Assembly (NCBI GenBank): GCA_016618085.1
Contig: JABLTG010000156.1
Coordinates: forward strand, 1 to 44,667
Direction: 5' to 3'
From: Neovahlkampfia damariscottae
Taxonomy: Eukaryota
DNA length: 44,667 nt
Position numbers and translations under genes: made by a program. Each line of letters begins with the position of its first letter. The stretch's first letter is position 1. Of this stretch, positions 1 to 10,445 are shown in pieces. Below the pieces are notes generated by a model that was given only the letters and a program-made list of their open reading frames with translations, did no database searches and was not told where the DNA came from.

Positions 1-158
1 TGGATCTTTTGAGCATTGCTTCTGATGAATTGAAAATAAATGCTGTTAAAATCAGGAGATCTGAACATTTTTCAGAAGTTGATGATATTAACAAAATTGA
101 GCATAAAGAACTTTTATATTTTACAACTGAAGAAGATGAAAAAGAGTTCCAAGAATAA
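1..158 (+). CDS. 3' end of a gene starting before the window; possible KHA/ubiquitin-like C-terminal domain
   Basis: Open frame from position 3: DLLSIASDELKINAVKIRRSEHFSEVDDINKIEHKELLYFTTEEDEKEFQE*, stop TAA 156-158 inside GAATAAA. The LLxxAxxxL...EVDDIxxI...LLYF pattern resembles KHA domains. Confidence 0.55.
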   Translation, partial: DLLSIASDELKINAVKIRRSEHFSEVDDINKIEHKELLYFTTEEDEKEFQE

Positions 159-387
159 ATATTTTACTTCTTATTTTTTCTTGTTTTTACAATGGTAGTT
201 CCAATAAATTTAGTTTTTTCTGATGAAAACAATTTGTTTCAGAAATGAATTTATTGCTTGGAAAAAAATTTACAAAGCAGTTTAAATATTTTCTTCATGA
301 CAAAAATCTTGAAGAGTTTTTGAAATGTTTCTAAAATAACGCACCAAAAATGATTTAAAAATTTAATCGATATTGTTGTTAATAATT

Positions 388-630
388 ATGGAGTTTTTAG
401 AAAATTATGAAGACAACAAAAACAAAGAAGAAAACGATACAACATTAGAAAAATTACAAACAAAGTATAATGAATTATTTCAAAAATATGTTGATATAAA
501 AAAAGAAAATTATTGTTTACATGGATTAAAATATTTAGAATTCGAATGTAAAAAAACTGAAGAAAAATATTTATCTTTAAAGAAAACTTACGAACTCACT
601 CAAGAGTGGAGGAGAATACATAAAAAATAA
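388..630 (+). CDS. small coiled-coil hypothetical protein, intronless
   Basis: ATG at 388, 80 aa K/E-rich ORF with heptad-like pattern LEKLQTKYNELFQKYVDIKKEN. Confidence 0.5.
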   Translation: MEFLENYEDNKNKEENDTTLEKLQTKYNELFQKYVDIKKENYCLHGLKYLEFECKKTEEKYLSLKKTYELTQEWRRIHKK

Positions 631-656
631 CTTAAAATATTTGTTTAATATATAGA

Positions 657-926
657 ATGCAATCAGAAATCATAGTTTTGATTATATTAAGTTCACTGAC
701 ATGTTTGTCATCACTTGTAGCACCAATTATTACAGCTGGTGTGGAATTCACACGAAGAATCGAGAAATCAAATTGTTGTGGTTCATCGATTGAATTGACT
801 CATATAAATGATCTCAAAGAAGATTTAAATCGAACAAAATCAGTTCATGAAGTTAAGTTGAATGAACAAGAAGAACAAATCAAAAAATTAATGGATTTGT
901 TAAATGAAAAGAAAAATGATGTTTGA
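657..926 (+). CDS. small membrane protein (N-terminal hydrophobic helix, KSNCCG motif, coiled coil), possibly viral-like
   Basis: 89 aa ORF: hydrophobic N-terminus, RIEKSNCCGSSIEL, then coiled coil; 26 nt downstream of the previous ORF. Confidence 0.6.
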   Translation: MQSEIIVLIILSSLTCLSSLVAPIITAGVEFTRRIEKSNCCGSSIELTHINDLKEDLNRTKSVHEVKLNEQEEQIKKLMDLLNEKKNDV

Positions 927-1120
927 ATTATTTTAAGTCATTAATATGTTTTCTTCAAATTCAAAAATTCTGGATCTTTTTAAATATTTCAACCAAAAAA
1001 AAAGATTTTGTTTGGGCGATATCATTGGTGGAAATTTTTAGAAAGTGCAGAAAGAAGTAAAGTTAAATATCTAGTTAGTTACTTCAAATAAAAATCTATT
1101 GTGAGAAAGTAAAAAATCTA

Positions 1121-3233
1121 ATGAGTCAACCAATCAACTTCATTTCTAAAATGGAAGAAAGAGTCGAATTCAACAAAGAAGTTTATTATTTTGTTGATTT
1201 TGATGCACAAATCGAGCCTATAACAATTTGCAGCTACTCTGACAAAGAAGAAAAAGATCACATACGGATATCTGTCAAACCAATTATGTCCTTACAGTCA
1301 AGCAAAGTAAAGACAATGATCCAAAAGATTTGATAGTTTTTGAATCTCGTGATGCTTTTAAAACTTTCAAAGGCGTTGAATATCAAGATCACATCAAAAA
1401 TTGAAGAAGTACATTTTTTAAAGACTGAGTACTTTTTAATTACTGGGAACCCTGACCTAATCCAAAAAAACTTAGAAGATGATGTAAAAGCAATCGTACA
1501 CCATTGTGACTTAGCTAAAGAAAATGAAAGACAATTGAGCTATTGTGAAGACCCCACCATTCAAGAATTTGAATCTTTTCTCAAAAATAGATTCCAGAAT
1601 ACAACAGCAAAAGAAATAATTATAATATACTGTGGACATGGAACATCCGACGGATCGTTAGTTTTGAATGATGGTGATTATAGTGGTTCAAATTTTAAAG
1701 AATTTTTGAACAATTTAAAATTAAAATACCTTCCTCATATTACTATTTACTTGAATTGTTGCTATGCACTGCAATTTGTAAATCATATTGTAGAAAAGAG
1801 TTACAAGAATTTTTTCACACAACTATTGATGAAGAACAATAAAGAACCAAATATAGAAAATGTCTTTGAACTTTTTCAAAAAATCGAAAAATCATCAATT
1901 GAAAATAGTTTTATTGGAAAATGGGAAGTCATTACTTTTATATAAAATTGGATCTTCTTTCATTTTTTTTAATCCATTGTCATACAAAGAAATGAAAGCA
2001 GAAGGATATTTGGACGCCACCAATCATTCTTCTTTAAATATTGAATCATTTAAATCAAATGAAACAAAAAACGTGTGTCGTTCAAAATTTGAATTATCCA
2101 AAAAAGAAATTAGAAAAAGACTACATACTTTTGAAAAGGTGGAAAACCTGGATGATTCATATTTTTCAACCCCAGAATTGACTATTTTTCAAGCAGAAAA
2201 AGGAGATTCCGTGTTACTTCGCTTTGAAAAAACAGTATCTTAATTGACGGTGGCGATGTGCAGAATCCTTGTTTCTGGGAAAAAATTAAAGCTTTACCAA
2301 AAATTGATTGTGCAATTATAACTCATGGAGACACGGACCATACCAAAGGATTTATTCCTTTTATTCAAGGAACAAAATTGGTGGATGTTCATGTCCCAAA
2401 AATTGATAAATTTGTCATGGTTTGGTCTGATGAAAAAACAGATCTTTTGGAAAATATTTATCGTAACTATCACCATGTTTCAAAAATAGGCGAGTACATC
2501 AACAAACAAAGTACAATTAAATTCAATTCATCAATGAAACCTGACAATTTCAAAATTGGAAATATCACAGTGCAATTACTCTTACCAAACAAAGCATACT
2601 TGGAAGTTTGCAAGCAAATGATCTCTCATTGCTTATGAACATTTTCGACGATTTTGATTTTCTTAAAGAATGCAAGGCTAAAAAGGATTTAACAATCAAA
2701 ATTCAAAAAAAGATAAAAGATGCTTTTCCTGATGTATCTTTGGAATTATCTGCTAGAAATATAACAAATATTAATATTTTTGGAATAACAGTATTAATAG
2801 AATGCAACAATAACCAATATTTGTTCACTGCTGATTGTCATTCTCGGGATATTGTTGGAGCACTTGAAAAAATTTCTCAAAAAAATTTTTTTTGTGTAGA
2901 CGCACCTCATCATGGATCTGATAAAAATGAATTTAATTATTTTTACAACTATTTGTCGGATAATAATTATACTGTGGAACATTTTGTCATAAGTTCCCTT
3001 GATGAATCACGTCCTGGAAAAAATTTTTTAAAGATTCTCAAAAATGACAGAAAAATCGATGGTAAAAAGCCTATATTTAAAAATATTCATTTTAATTATT
3101 CCAATGGCCAACAAAAAAATTTAAAAGTGAAATTATTGCCAAGTTCAAACAAGCATTTAAGGAGAAAACTGATGAAGAAATTAATAAAATGATAAATATT
3201 CATCTTCACACTGGCCATATTCAATTGAAATAA
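1121..3233 (+). pseudogene. frameshifted caspase-like (His-Cys dyad) + ComEC-type metallo-beta-lactamase fusion, similar to MAP1/Futsch N-terminal region; pseudogene or assembly errors
   Basis: Consecutive ORF pieces give IIYCGHG (1628), YLNCCYA (1757), GDSVLL-[frameshift]-SILIDGG, THGDTDH (2321), LFTAD and PHHGS (2905). About 6 frame breaks, mostly at A/T runs. Confidence 0.75.
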
Positions 3234-3864
3234 AGTCATGCCATATATTTGGTATTTATTTAATTGACAAAGGATTCTTATCAATTGAAGCTGACACAAA
3301 ACAAAAATGATTTCTGGGCACCTAAAAAAATTGAGTGTAGAGTGTATGCCATTTTAAAAATGGAAATATGAGAAGTTTTTTTATGACATTTTGTATAACT
3401 TAAATGGCACGACTGATCTATTTTTTCCTTCTGTAATATTAATTTTGGTTTTCTCAGATGAAATGATTTGATTTTTTTCTTTTTAACAATAAATAAACCT
3501 TCAGACCATTTAACGTACATCATTGGTCGAATTATCGGAGAATTTTTATTGGATATAAAATTTTTTTTTTCAAATGAAATACTAAATTTTGACTTCTGAG
3601 GAGTAATAAGATGAATTTTTATACGTTTTGGAGAATTAAAAAAAACGGGAAAATGAGTTTTTTTTGATGAAAAAAATCAAGACAGTCATGTGGAGAGGAA
3701 ATCCGATGTTCTCAGGTCACAAGCACGAAATATTTCTGAAAAGCGCCAGTGGATTTTCCCTACTTACTTATGAATGTGCCATGTTTTATTGGAACAACTT
3801 TGGAACTGTAAAAGAAAACTCATCACAAATTAAATTTCACAAGAGCAAAAAAAACTTGAAAAAT

Positions 3865-4552
3865 TTATTCAAGAAAATGAATTAAAAACATGAAAACCAA
3901 AAGCATTGGAAAAATGGACCAACTACTTGCTGAATTTGGAATTGAATTCCCACAAGTTGTCTTAATCCCAGCTGAACCAAATCCAAGACATTGACCTGAA
4001 GTTACATTCGTTGATGAAGAAATAACAGCACAAATATTATTTCTAAAACCTCTAAAATTAACAATTGAACCATCACAATGATATGATTCACCAAGAGTGT
4101 TCGCAAAAATACATTGATCTAATTTTGAATAGGTTTCACATACGACAGCGTTTCAGACATTTGAAGCTGAAATATGTTTAGAAGTGAGGTTTGGTTCATT
4201 TGGTTCCGGTCTTTTTGAACCACAATAGTATCTAATTTTATTTTTGCATTGACCAATTTCTAAAATAAACATTTTAATTAAAAAAAATTGTTTCCTACCT
4301 TGGATGATGGTTTCAGATGGATTTGAGCAATCTTTGTTGAAGAAACTTTTTAAAGAGAAATGAGTTGTATTGCATGATACTTTGCCATATTGTAATGCTG
4401 GATAAAATTTGGGAACAAGTTGTATCGGTTGAAACATGTTCAACAATCCATTGAATTGGTTTAGTGCAATTGGTATCTGAATATTTGATGATAGTGTATG
4501 TTGAGCAAACAGAAGTGATGAAAAGAAAGCAGAAAATAACTATGTTCTTCAT
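3865..4552 (-). pseudogene. Cys-rich secreted, probably GPI-anchored surface protein, disrupted
   Basis: Signal peptide MKNIVIFCFLFITSVCS; repeated units YSDTNC / FFNKDC / FRNNIC; intron about 4260-4298; hydrophobic tail NSASSWSIFPMLLVFMFLIHFLE*. Frameshift near 4412 and in-frame TGA at 4153-4155. Confidence 0.7.
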
Positions 4553-4869
4553 TTTGTTGAGTTGGAAAATGTTGAGTGAATGAAACAATTGATTGGAGAA
4601 TTTATGGATTTTTCAAAGTGAAATTGTCCAGCAAACCAACGAATTGTGAATGGTTTTTCTTGAAAAAAATATGCAATTAACTGAAACAGAAACAACCATG
4701 CATGAAACAAGAAAAAGAAGTGCAAGAAATATAAACTGTTAAAAATTCTTCACTTCACAAAAATCACTTAATTTCCACTCCAGATGAACTGAAAAGAACA
4801 AATTTTTCATTCTTCAGAATTTTTGTTTTCGTTTTTTTGTTTGATTTTGCCTGGTAAATTTAAAAAATT

Positions 4870-5150
4870 TTATTCGTCTTCTGAATCACTTGAATCTTCA
4901 GATGAAATCTCTTGAACAGCATCCTGAGTGTTTCCTGCAATGATATACTCATCAAACAGTTTTTTTTTTACAAAGGATTTTGAGCTTCAGGTAAATCAAT
5001 AAATACCTGATCCAAAAGCTTTTTTACTTCTTCTTGAATTGAGCAATCACCACCACGATATATAGGTTTGAAAATCAATAAGTTGTGAAAATCCTTCTTT
5101 CATCAGTTTATTATTGAAATACATTGAAATTGCTTTTCTTCTTTTCTCAA
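4870..5150 (-). pseudogene. degraded gene fragment with acidic C-terminus
   Basis: Pieces in different frames: FKPIYRGGDCSIQEEVKKLLDQVFIDLPEAQ and KSFVKKKLFDEYIIAGNTQDAVQEISSEDSSDSEDE*; no intact 5' part. Confidence 0.45.
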
Positions 5151-5205
5151 TTCAGTGAGTTGCAAAATAAAAAACTTGTCTCATTTTTATTGGCCGACTG
5201 TTTAA

Positions 5206-6097
5206 ATGGAAAACTTGATGAAAAAAAAAGAGTTTTGGATCTTTGTTGTACTATCAATATTAATTTTTATAAATGCTTATATTATTCCAGAAGATCATTC
5301 TGATATCCTTAACACAGCTGTTAAAGTAAATGTGAAAATGTATTACAAAAACATAAGTCCAAAACAGAAAAATTTCAAGCAAAAACTTCATGGAATTATT
5401 TCAAAACATAAAAAGTTACCTTACCATAAAGTCTGGTCAGCCTTTGAACAATTGGACACCAATGAAAAATGTGGTAGAGGAATAGAGGATATTTATTCAA
5501 AAAATTGTTGGCTACCAGGTAATCAAAGAAAAGGAGGACAACAATGTAATCGTTTGGTATATAGAGAAAATCAGTGTTACAATAGGTTCGCCAAAAAAAA
5601 AAAAAGTTCTGATTTAATCAAGGGAACATTCCTGGCCAAAGAGTTGGTGGGGTGGTTCACAACGATTAAAGTCTTATACTGACTTACATCATTTATTTCC
5701 TACTGATGGTTATGTTAATTTCAGAAGAGGAAATTTACCTTTGGGTGAAGTTATTGCTCCTATTAGATTTCAATCAACCAATGGAGCTAAAGTTGGGAAA
5801 TGTCGACACAATCCACGTAAATTATGCTTTGAACCAAGTTTTGAATACCATGGCGATTTAGCAAGAGTCTATTTTTACATGTCTTTCCGCTACATGAATG
5901 ATTTCAAATGTTGCAAAAAAGAAGGGATTAGAAACTCAGAAATGGAACCTTGGTTATTGAATACACTCAAAAAATGGCATGTGGAAGATCCTGTTAGTTC
6001 AAAAGAAAAAAGAAGAAATGATAAAATTCATATGATTCAAGGAAATAGAAATCCATTTGTTGACCATCCAAATTGGGTAGAAAAAATAAAATTTTGA
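5206..6097 (+). CDS. secreted endonuclease I family (EndA/Bsn-like His-Me finger) nuclease
   Basis: Removing intron 5586-5622 gives CYNREHSWPKSWWGG...YTDLHHLFPTDGYVNFRRGNLP, then GDLARVYFYMSFRY, WHVEDPVS and QGNRNPFVDHP; N-terminal signal peptide. Confidence 0.92.
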
Positions 6098-6169
6098 GGG
6101 AATTGTATTCTGAAATGAGAGAAATGACGGATTAATTTTTCATTGGATCATTAAAACTCCGCCTAATTT

Positions 6170-7885
6170 ATGTTGAACCAAACAGTTTTTGTGTTGTTGC
6201 TCATTTGTTTCTTGAGTGTCGCTCAAAGTTATGAAAATTCAAAAAGAGCTACTAAATCACCTGTTATGTACCAAATAAGTACCAGACCGTTTTTATATGA
6301 ACTATCAGAAAAAGATGAATACAAAAGCAAAATGACCAAAGGAAAAAAACATATTTTATTGAAAGAAGTAAACGATTCTCACTGGAAAAAACTTAAAGCG
6401 GATGGTGTTGATATCATTTGGTTAATGGGTCTTTGGAAAGTTGGTGATTATGCACTCTGTAGAGGAACTGACATCAAGTAAACATTAAAAAAAAAAATTA
6501 ATATTTTAAAGGTTGAGAGAATACTATGGTAAAGATTATCCTGATTATTCCATGGAAGATATCATTGGTTCACCTTATGCTGTTGTTGATTATACAGTAA
6601 ATCCTGAAATTGGAACAGATCAAGATGTTATAGATATTAGAAAGAAATTTAATGATATGGGACTAGAGTTAATGACTGATTTTGTTCCAAATCATTCAGC
6701 TGTTGATTGTAAAAAAAAAAAATATTTTTTATTAACATTGCTTAATTAGGTGATTATGCAAAAACTCATCCAGAATATTTTGTTTTAGCTCCTCCAAGTA
6801 TGAAAAAACCATATAATCCGCATGATTTTCTTCCAAATGGAATAGCTTATGGAAAAGATCCTTATTCCGGAGGTTGGATTGATACTATTCAATGGAATGG
6901 TAATTTTTCATAATTTTCTCATGAATTAGTTTGGAACCCAACTGCAAAACTTGAAATTATCAAAAATATAGTTAAAGTTGCTTCAATGAGTGATCACATC
7001 AGAGTTGATATGGCAATGTTATTAATTAACAACATTTTTGACTCTACGTGGGGAAATATCATTAAAGAACGTGGTTGGCAACGACCATCAACCGAATTTT
7101 GGTCGGATGCAATCAGTATTGTGAAGCAAAGATTTCCAAAAGTCAAATTCACAGCTGAAGTTTATTGGGATTTAGAAAGGACTTTATTGGATCAAGGATT
7201 TGACTTTGTTTATGATAAATCATTTTATGATATTTTACGTGAAGGAAATACACATAAAATTAAGGATAGAATCTCTCACTCCAATTTTCTTGGTCAATCA
7301 TCAAAATGTAAGCATATTGAATTTTTTGAAATTTTAGTCATTGAAAATCACGATGAACCAAGAGCTGTTCACAATTTTCATGGTGTTCCAAGAGCAAATG
7401 CTGCTGCTATGATTTCATTTCTTTTACCAGGGATGAGATTCCATCATCATGGTCAATGGGTTGGTAAAAAGAATCGTCTTGTTGTTCAAGTATACACCAA
7501 TATTCTATTAAAAAATTTATAGTTGAAAAAAGGTCAAAATGAGAATGATAATCAACAAGCAATTGATTTTTATAAAAAATTCTTGCCAATTTCAAACCAT
7601 GAAGTCTTTAAACATGGTGAATGGAAAATCTGCAAAACTGAAGGAGATTTATTGGCTTGGAGATTTGAATATCAAAATCACAAAAGATTGGTTGTTATTA
7701 ATTATTCACATAATGCGCATGGTGCTAAAATTACAGGTGTTGATAATGCTAGTGGAAGTGGTAAAGTAAAAATGAATGATTTGATGACTGGAAGAATCAC
7801 TGAAATAGATGCTGAAGAATTAAGAAACCAAGGAATATATAGACATTTGAATCCTTTCCAAGGAGAAGTATTTGAATATCAATAA
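6170..7885 (+). CDS. secreted GH13 alpha-amylase family glycosidase, multi-intron
   Basis: Signal peptide; IWLMGLW, GSPYAVVDY, DFVPNH, IRVDMAML (nucleophile), AEVYW, ENHDEPR; about 5 short GT-AG introns, first at 6478-6511. Confidence 0.92.
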
Positions 7886-7921
7886 AGTTTCAATTTTTAA
7901 TAATTATTGGACAATGAATTT

Positions 7922-9366
7922 TTATTCATCAAAATCAACATTCATTCCCAAAAAGTAAGTGTCAAATGAAGTCAATTTTCCTTGTATTTTGAGCTCATTT
8001 TTAACGTCACTAATTTTTTTATCTAAAGGTATTTTTTCCATCAATTTCTCAAGTGATTTTCTGTAGTCTTCTCCACGTTGAACAGCCAACATTGAAATTA
8101 AAGGTCCTAATAATTTTGCATTTCCTTTTGGTGTCATCCATCCACCTGCATCTACCAAGTGAACTTGTGAGAAAAGTGTCTTATTTTCATCAATTTGTTT
8201 ATAAGATGAAAACAACCAATCAAATAATGGATAAGCTTTTACAAGTTTTGGTTTTTTATCTTTTTTTGATTTCAACATTTCAATTTTGCAAGGTGTTAAA
8301 AATTCTGTTCCTTCTTTCACAAAAGGTTTTGAAATTGTATAAAAGGTTTTTGATTGGGCGTCATAAAACTGTTTAACTCCTGCCAAATAATATCTTGGGT
8401 TTAAAAAAAAACCAAAAGTTAAATCAATGGATGATATAATTTGACCTGTTTGACAATTTTCAACTTTAAATCCTTCATCTTTTTCTTTATACATTTTTAC
8501 AATTTCTTCATAAGGTAGTTCTTCCAACATTTGATATCTTGAAATATTTGGATCAGCAACATTTGAATTATAACTAGGTACACTTGAAATAAGTATTCTT
8601 TCTAAATTATAAGGCAAAACAAATTCATTTTTTAAACAACAAATATGTTGTGAATAAGTCAATTTTGGAAGATAATTTAACTTTGAATAATAAGAATTTG
8701 AACCTTTTGTTGTATTCTTTTTCCTATCAATCAACTATTATGAATAAAATAAAAAAATTAATAAAAACTTACATTCCAATCTAGATTGTCTTCAAAAAGT
8801 GTTTTAGCGAATTGAAAATCTCTGTCTTCAATAATTCCATGAGTGAAATATGAATCTTCATAATTGAAGTTTTGTGCAGTCCTAGGTGAACAAACAGTTG
8901 GATCATTTTGAAATTTTTCTATTATTTCATCAGCAAAATTTGAACGTAAATATCTTTTCCAAGAATCATGATAAAGTTCATCTTTCACAATATTTACAGC
9001 TTTATCAAATAATTTATCATATTTATCAGTCATGAAACTCTCATCTTTTATTTCTTCTTCTTTTTCTTTTGAATCATCAAACTCTTTTAAAATTTCATAT
9101 TTTGTCCCTCCGGAGATATTAATTTCATGGTCCGATTTATCTTTGAGGTATAAAGTTATGATATCTTTCACAAGACTGTATTTTTCTTTCAGATTTTGAA
9201 CTCCTTTTAATTTATTCACTTCCATTATGAAACTCCATGGTTCTTCGTTGTGTTCTGACTTCAAGTACTTTCTGAAAGAATCTCCAACTAATTTATTTGT
9301 TAATGCCGCAGCAAAGTTCACTATAACATTTTTCTTTTTGTTGTTTGGTTCTTTGGTAGAGAACAT
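7922..9366 (-). CDS. RGS-domain protein with C-terminal START-like domain
   Basis: FRKYLKSEHNEEPWSF, HEINISG and YHDSWKRYLRS are RGS-like. C-terminal FSQVHLVDAGGW resembles the START-fold end (inference). Intron about 8734-8773. Confidence 0.8.
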
Positions 9367-9756
9367 GGGTTTTTTTTTTGTTTGGAGAAACGAACCAATC
9401 AGGAACCTTCGAATTTTTTTATCCAATAAACAGATCTTTGCCCTTTTAAAAAGTGATCATTTTTAGAAAGTGGCAACTCTATTTTCAACTTCAAAATTAA
9501 AATTAGGCCATTTTTGGACAAGAAAAAAAATGTCCTAATGGAGAGTCAAGGATTTCTGATTTATCTTTCAAGTCCAACATTCTCATCACTCGATTTGCTC
9601 ATCAGCCTGCTTAAAAAATATTTCACATGTAAATTGATAACTATTATCAAACTACTAAAATATTATTTTAGTTTTTAGAAATTTGTTTCAAAACTCATTA
9701 ACACTTTTGTTTTTGTACACAAAAAAAATCAGCCAATCCCATTTGTCACAGTTTTT

Positions 9757-10429
9757 ATGAACCAAGACACACCTGTCAATAAAACACCTCCATTAACCCA
9801 CAGAATAGCTGTATTCTTTGATCGCTTAAATCAAAGAGAACATGGGTACAGCGCTATCAATGTCTGCTTGAAATGTGTAGCATTAATGTTTATGATTTAC
9901 TTTATAGTAAGAAAAAAAAAATTAAAAAAAAAAAAAAGATGCTTCCTATCGCATATATAAACACATGTGCATCACCTATCATGTGGTAAACAAATTCAAT
10001 TTCTAACTTTTTTTTAAAAGTGTATTGGTTTATTTTCTGGGACCTTTATGTTGGGTTTGTGTTAGTTTACAAATAACAGGATCTCTTTTATATAACCTAC
10101 ATCCAATTCCATCACTTGTTTTAAACTTGATGTCTAGTGTTGGATTTTTTATTTTATCAGTTGTAATTTTCAGTTTATCATTCACACCACCAAATTTTTT
10201 TATGTTTCTTTCATCTGCTCTAAGCTTTATTGTTGCTATTTATTGTATCTTTTTATCATTTTTTGATACCGCTGATCTATTCAGATTTTGGGTGAAAGGA
10301 GCTGTTTATGGTGAAGAAATAGCTGAAGAACCACAATACACAAAAGTATCACTACATGAATTACATGATTATGAAGTTGGTGATGATGATGAAAATCAAA
10401 ATAAAGTTGGACTTTTATCAGAAGAATAA
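9757..10429 (+). CDS. multi-pass membrane protein of unknown function
   Basis: Exons joined by short introns (about 9908-9938 and 9986-10020); 4-5 hydrophobic segments, acidic tail; CCAATC 19 nt upstream. Confidence 0.7.
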
Positions 10430-10445
10430 AATTTTATGTGTGTTT

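Noticed and set aside
2225..2243. AAAAAAC as a programmed -1 slippery site
   Set aside because: The incoming frame reads GAA AAA ACA, not the X XXY YYZ register, and the many other breaks in this gene favour indels.
3281..3885. ORFs 3281-3523 (-) and 3664-3885 (+)
   Set aside because: No motifs, and composition like AT-rich spacer.
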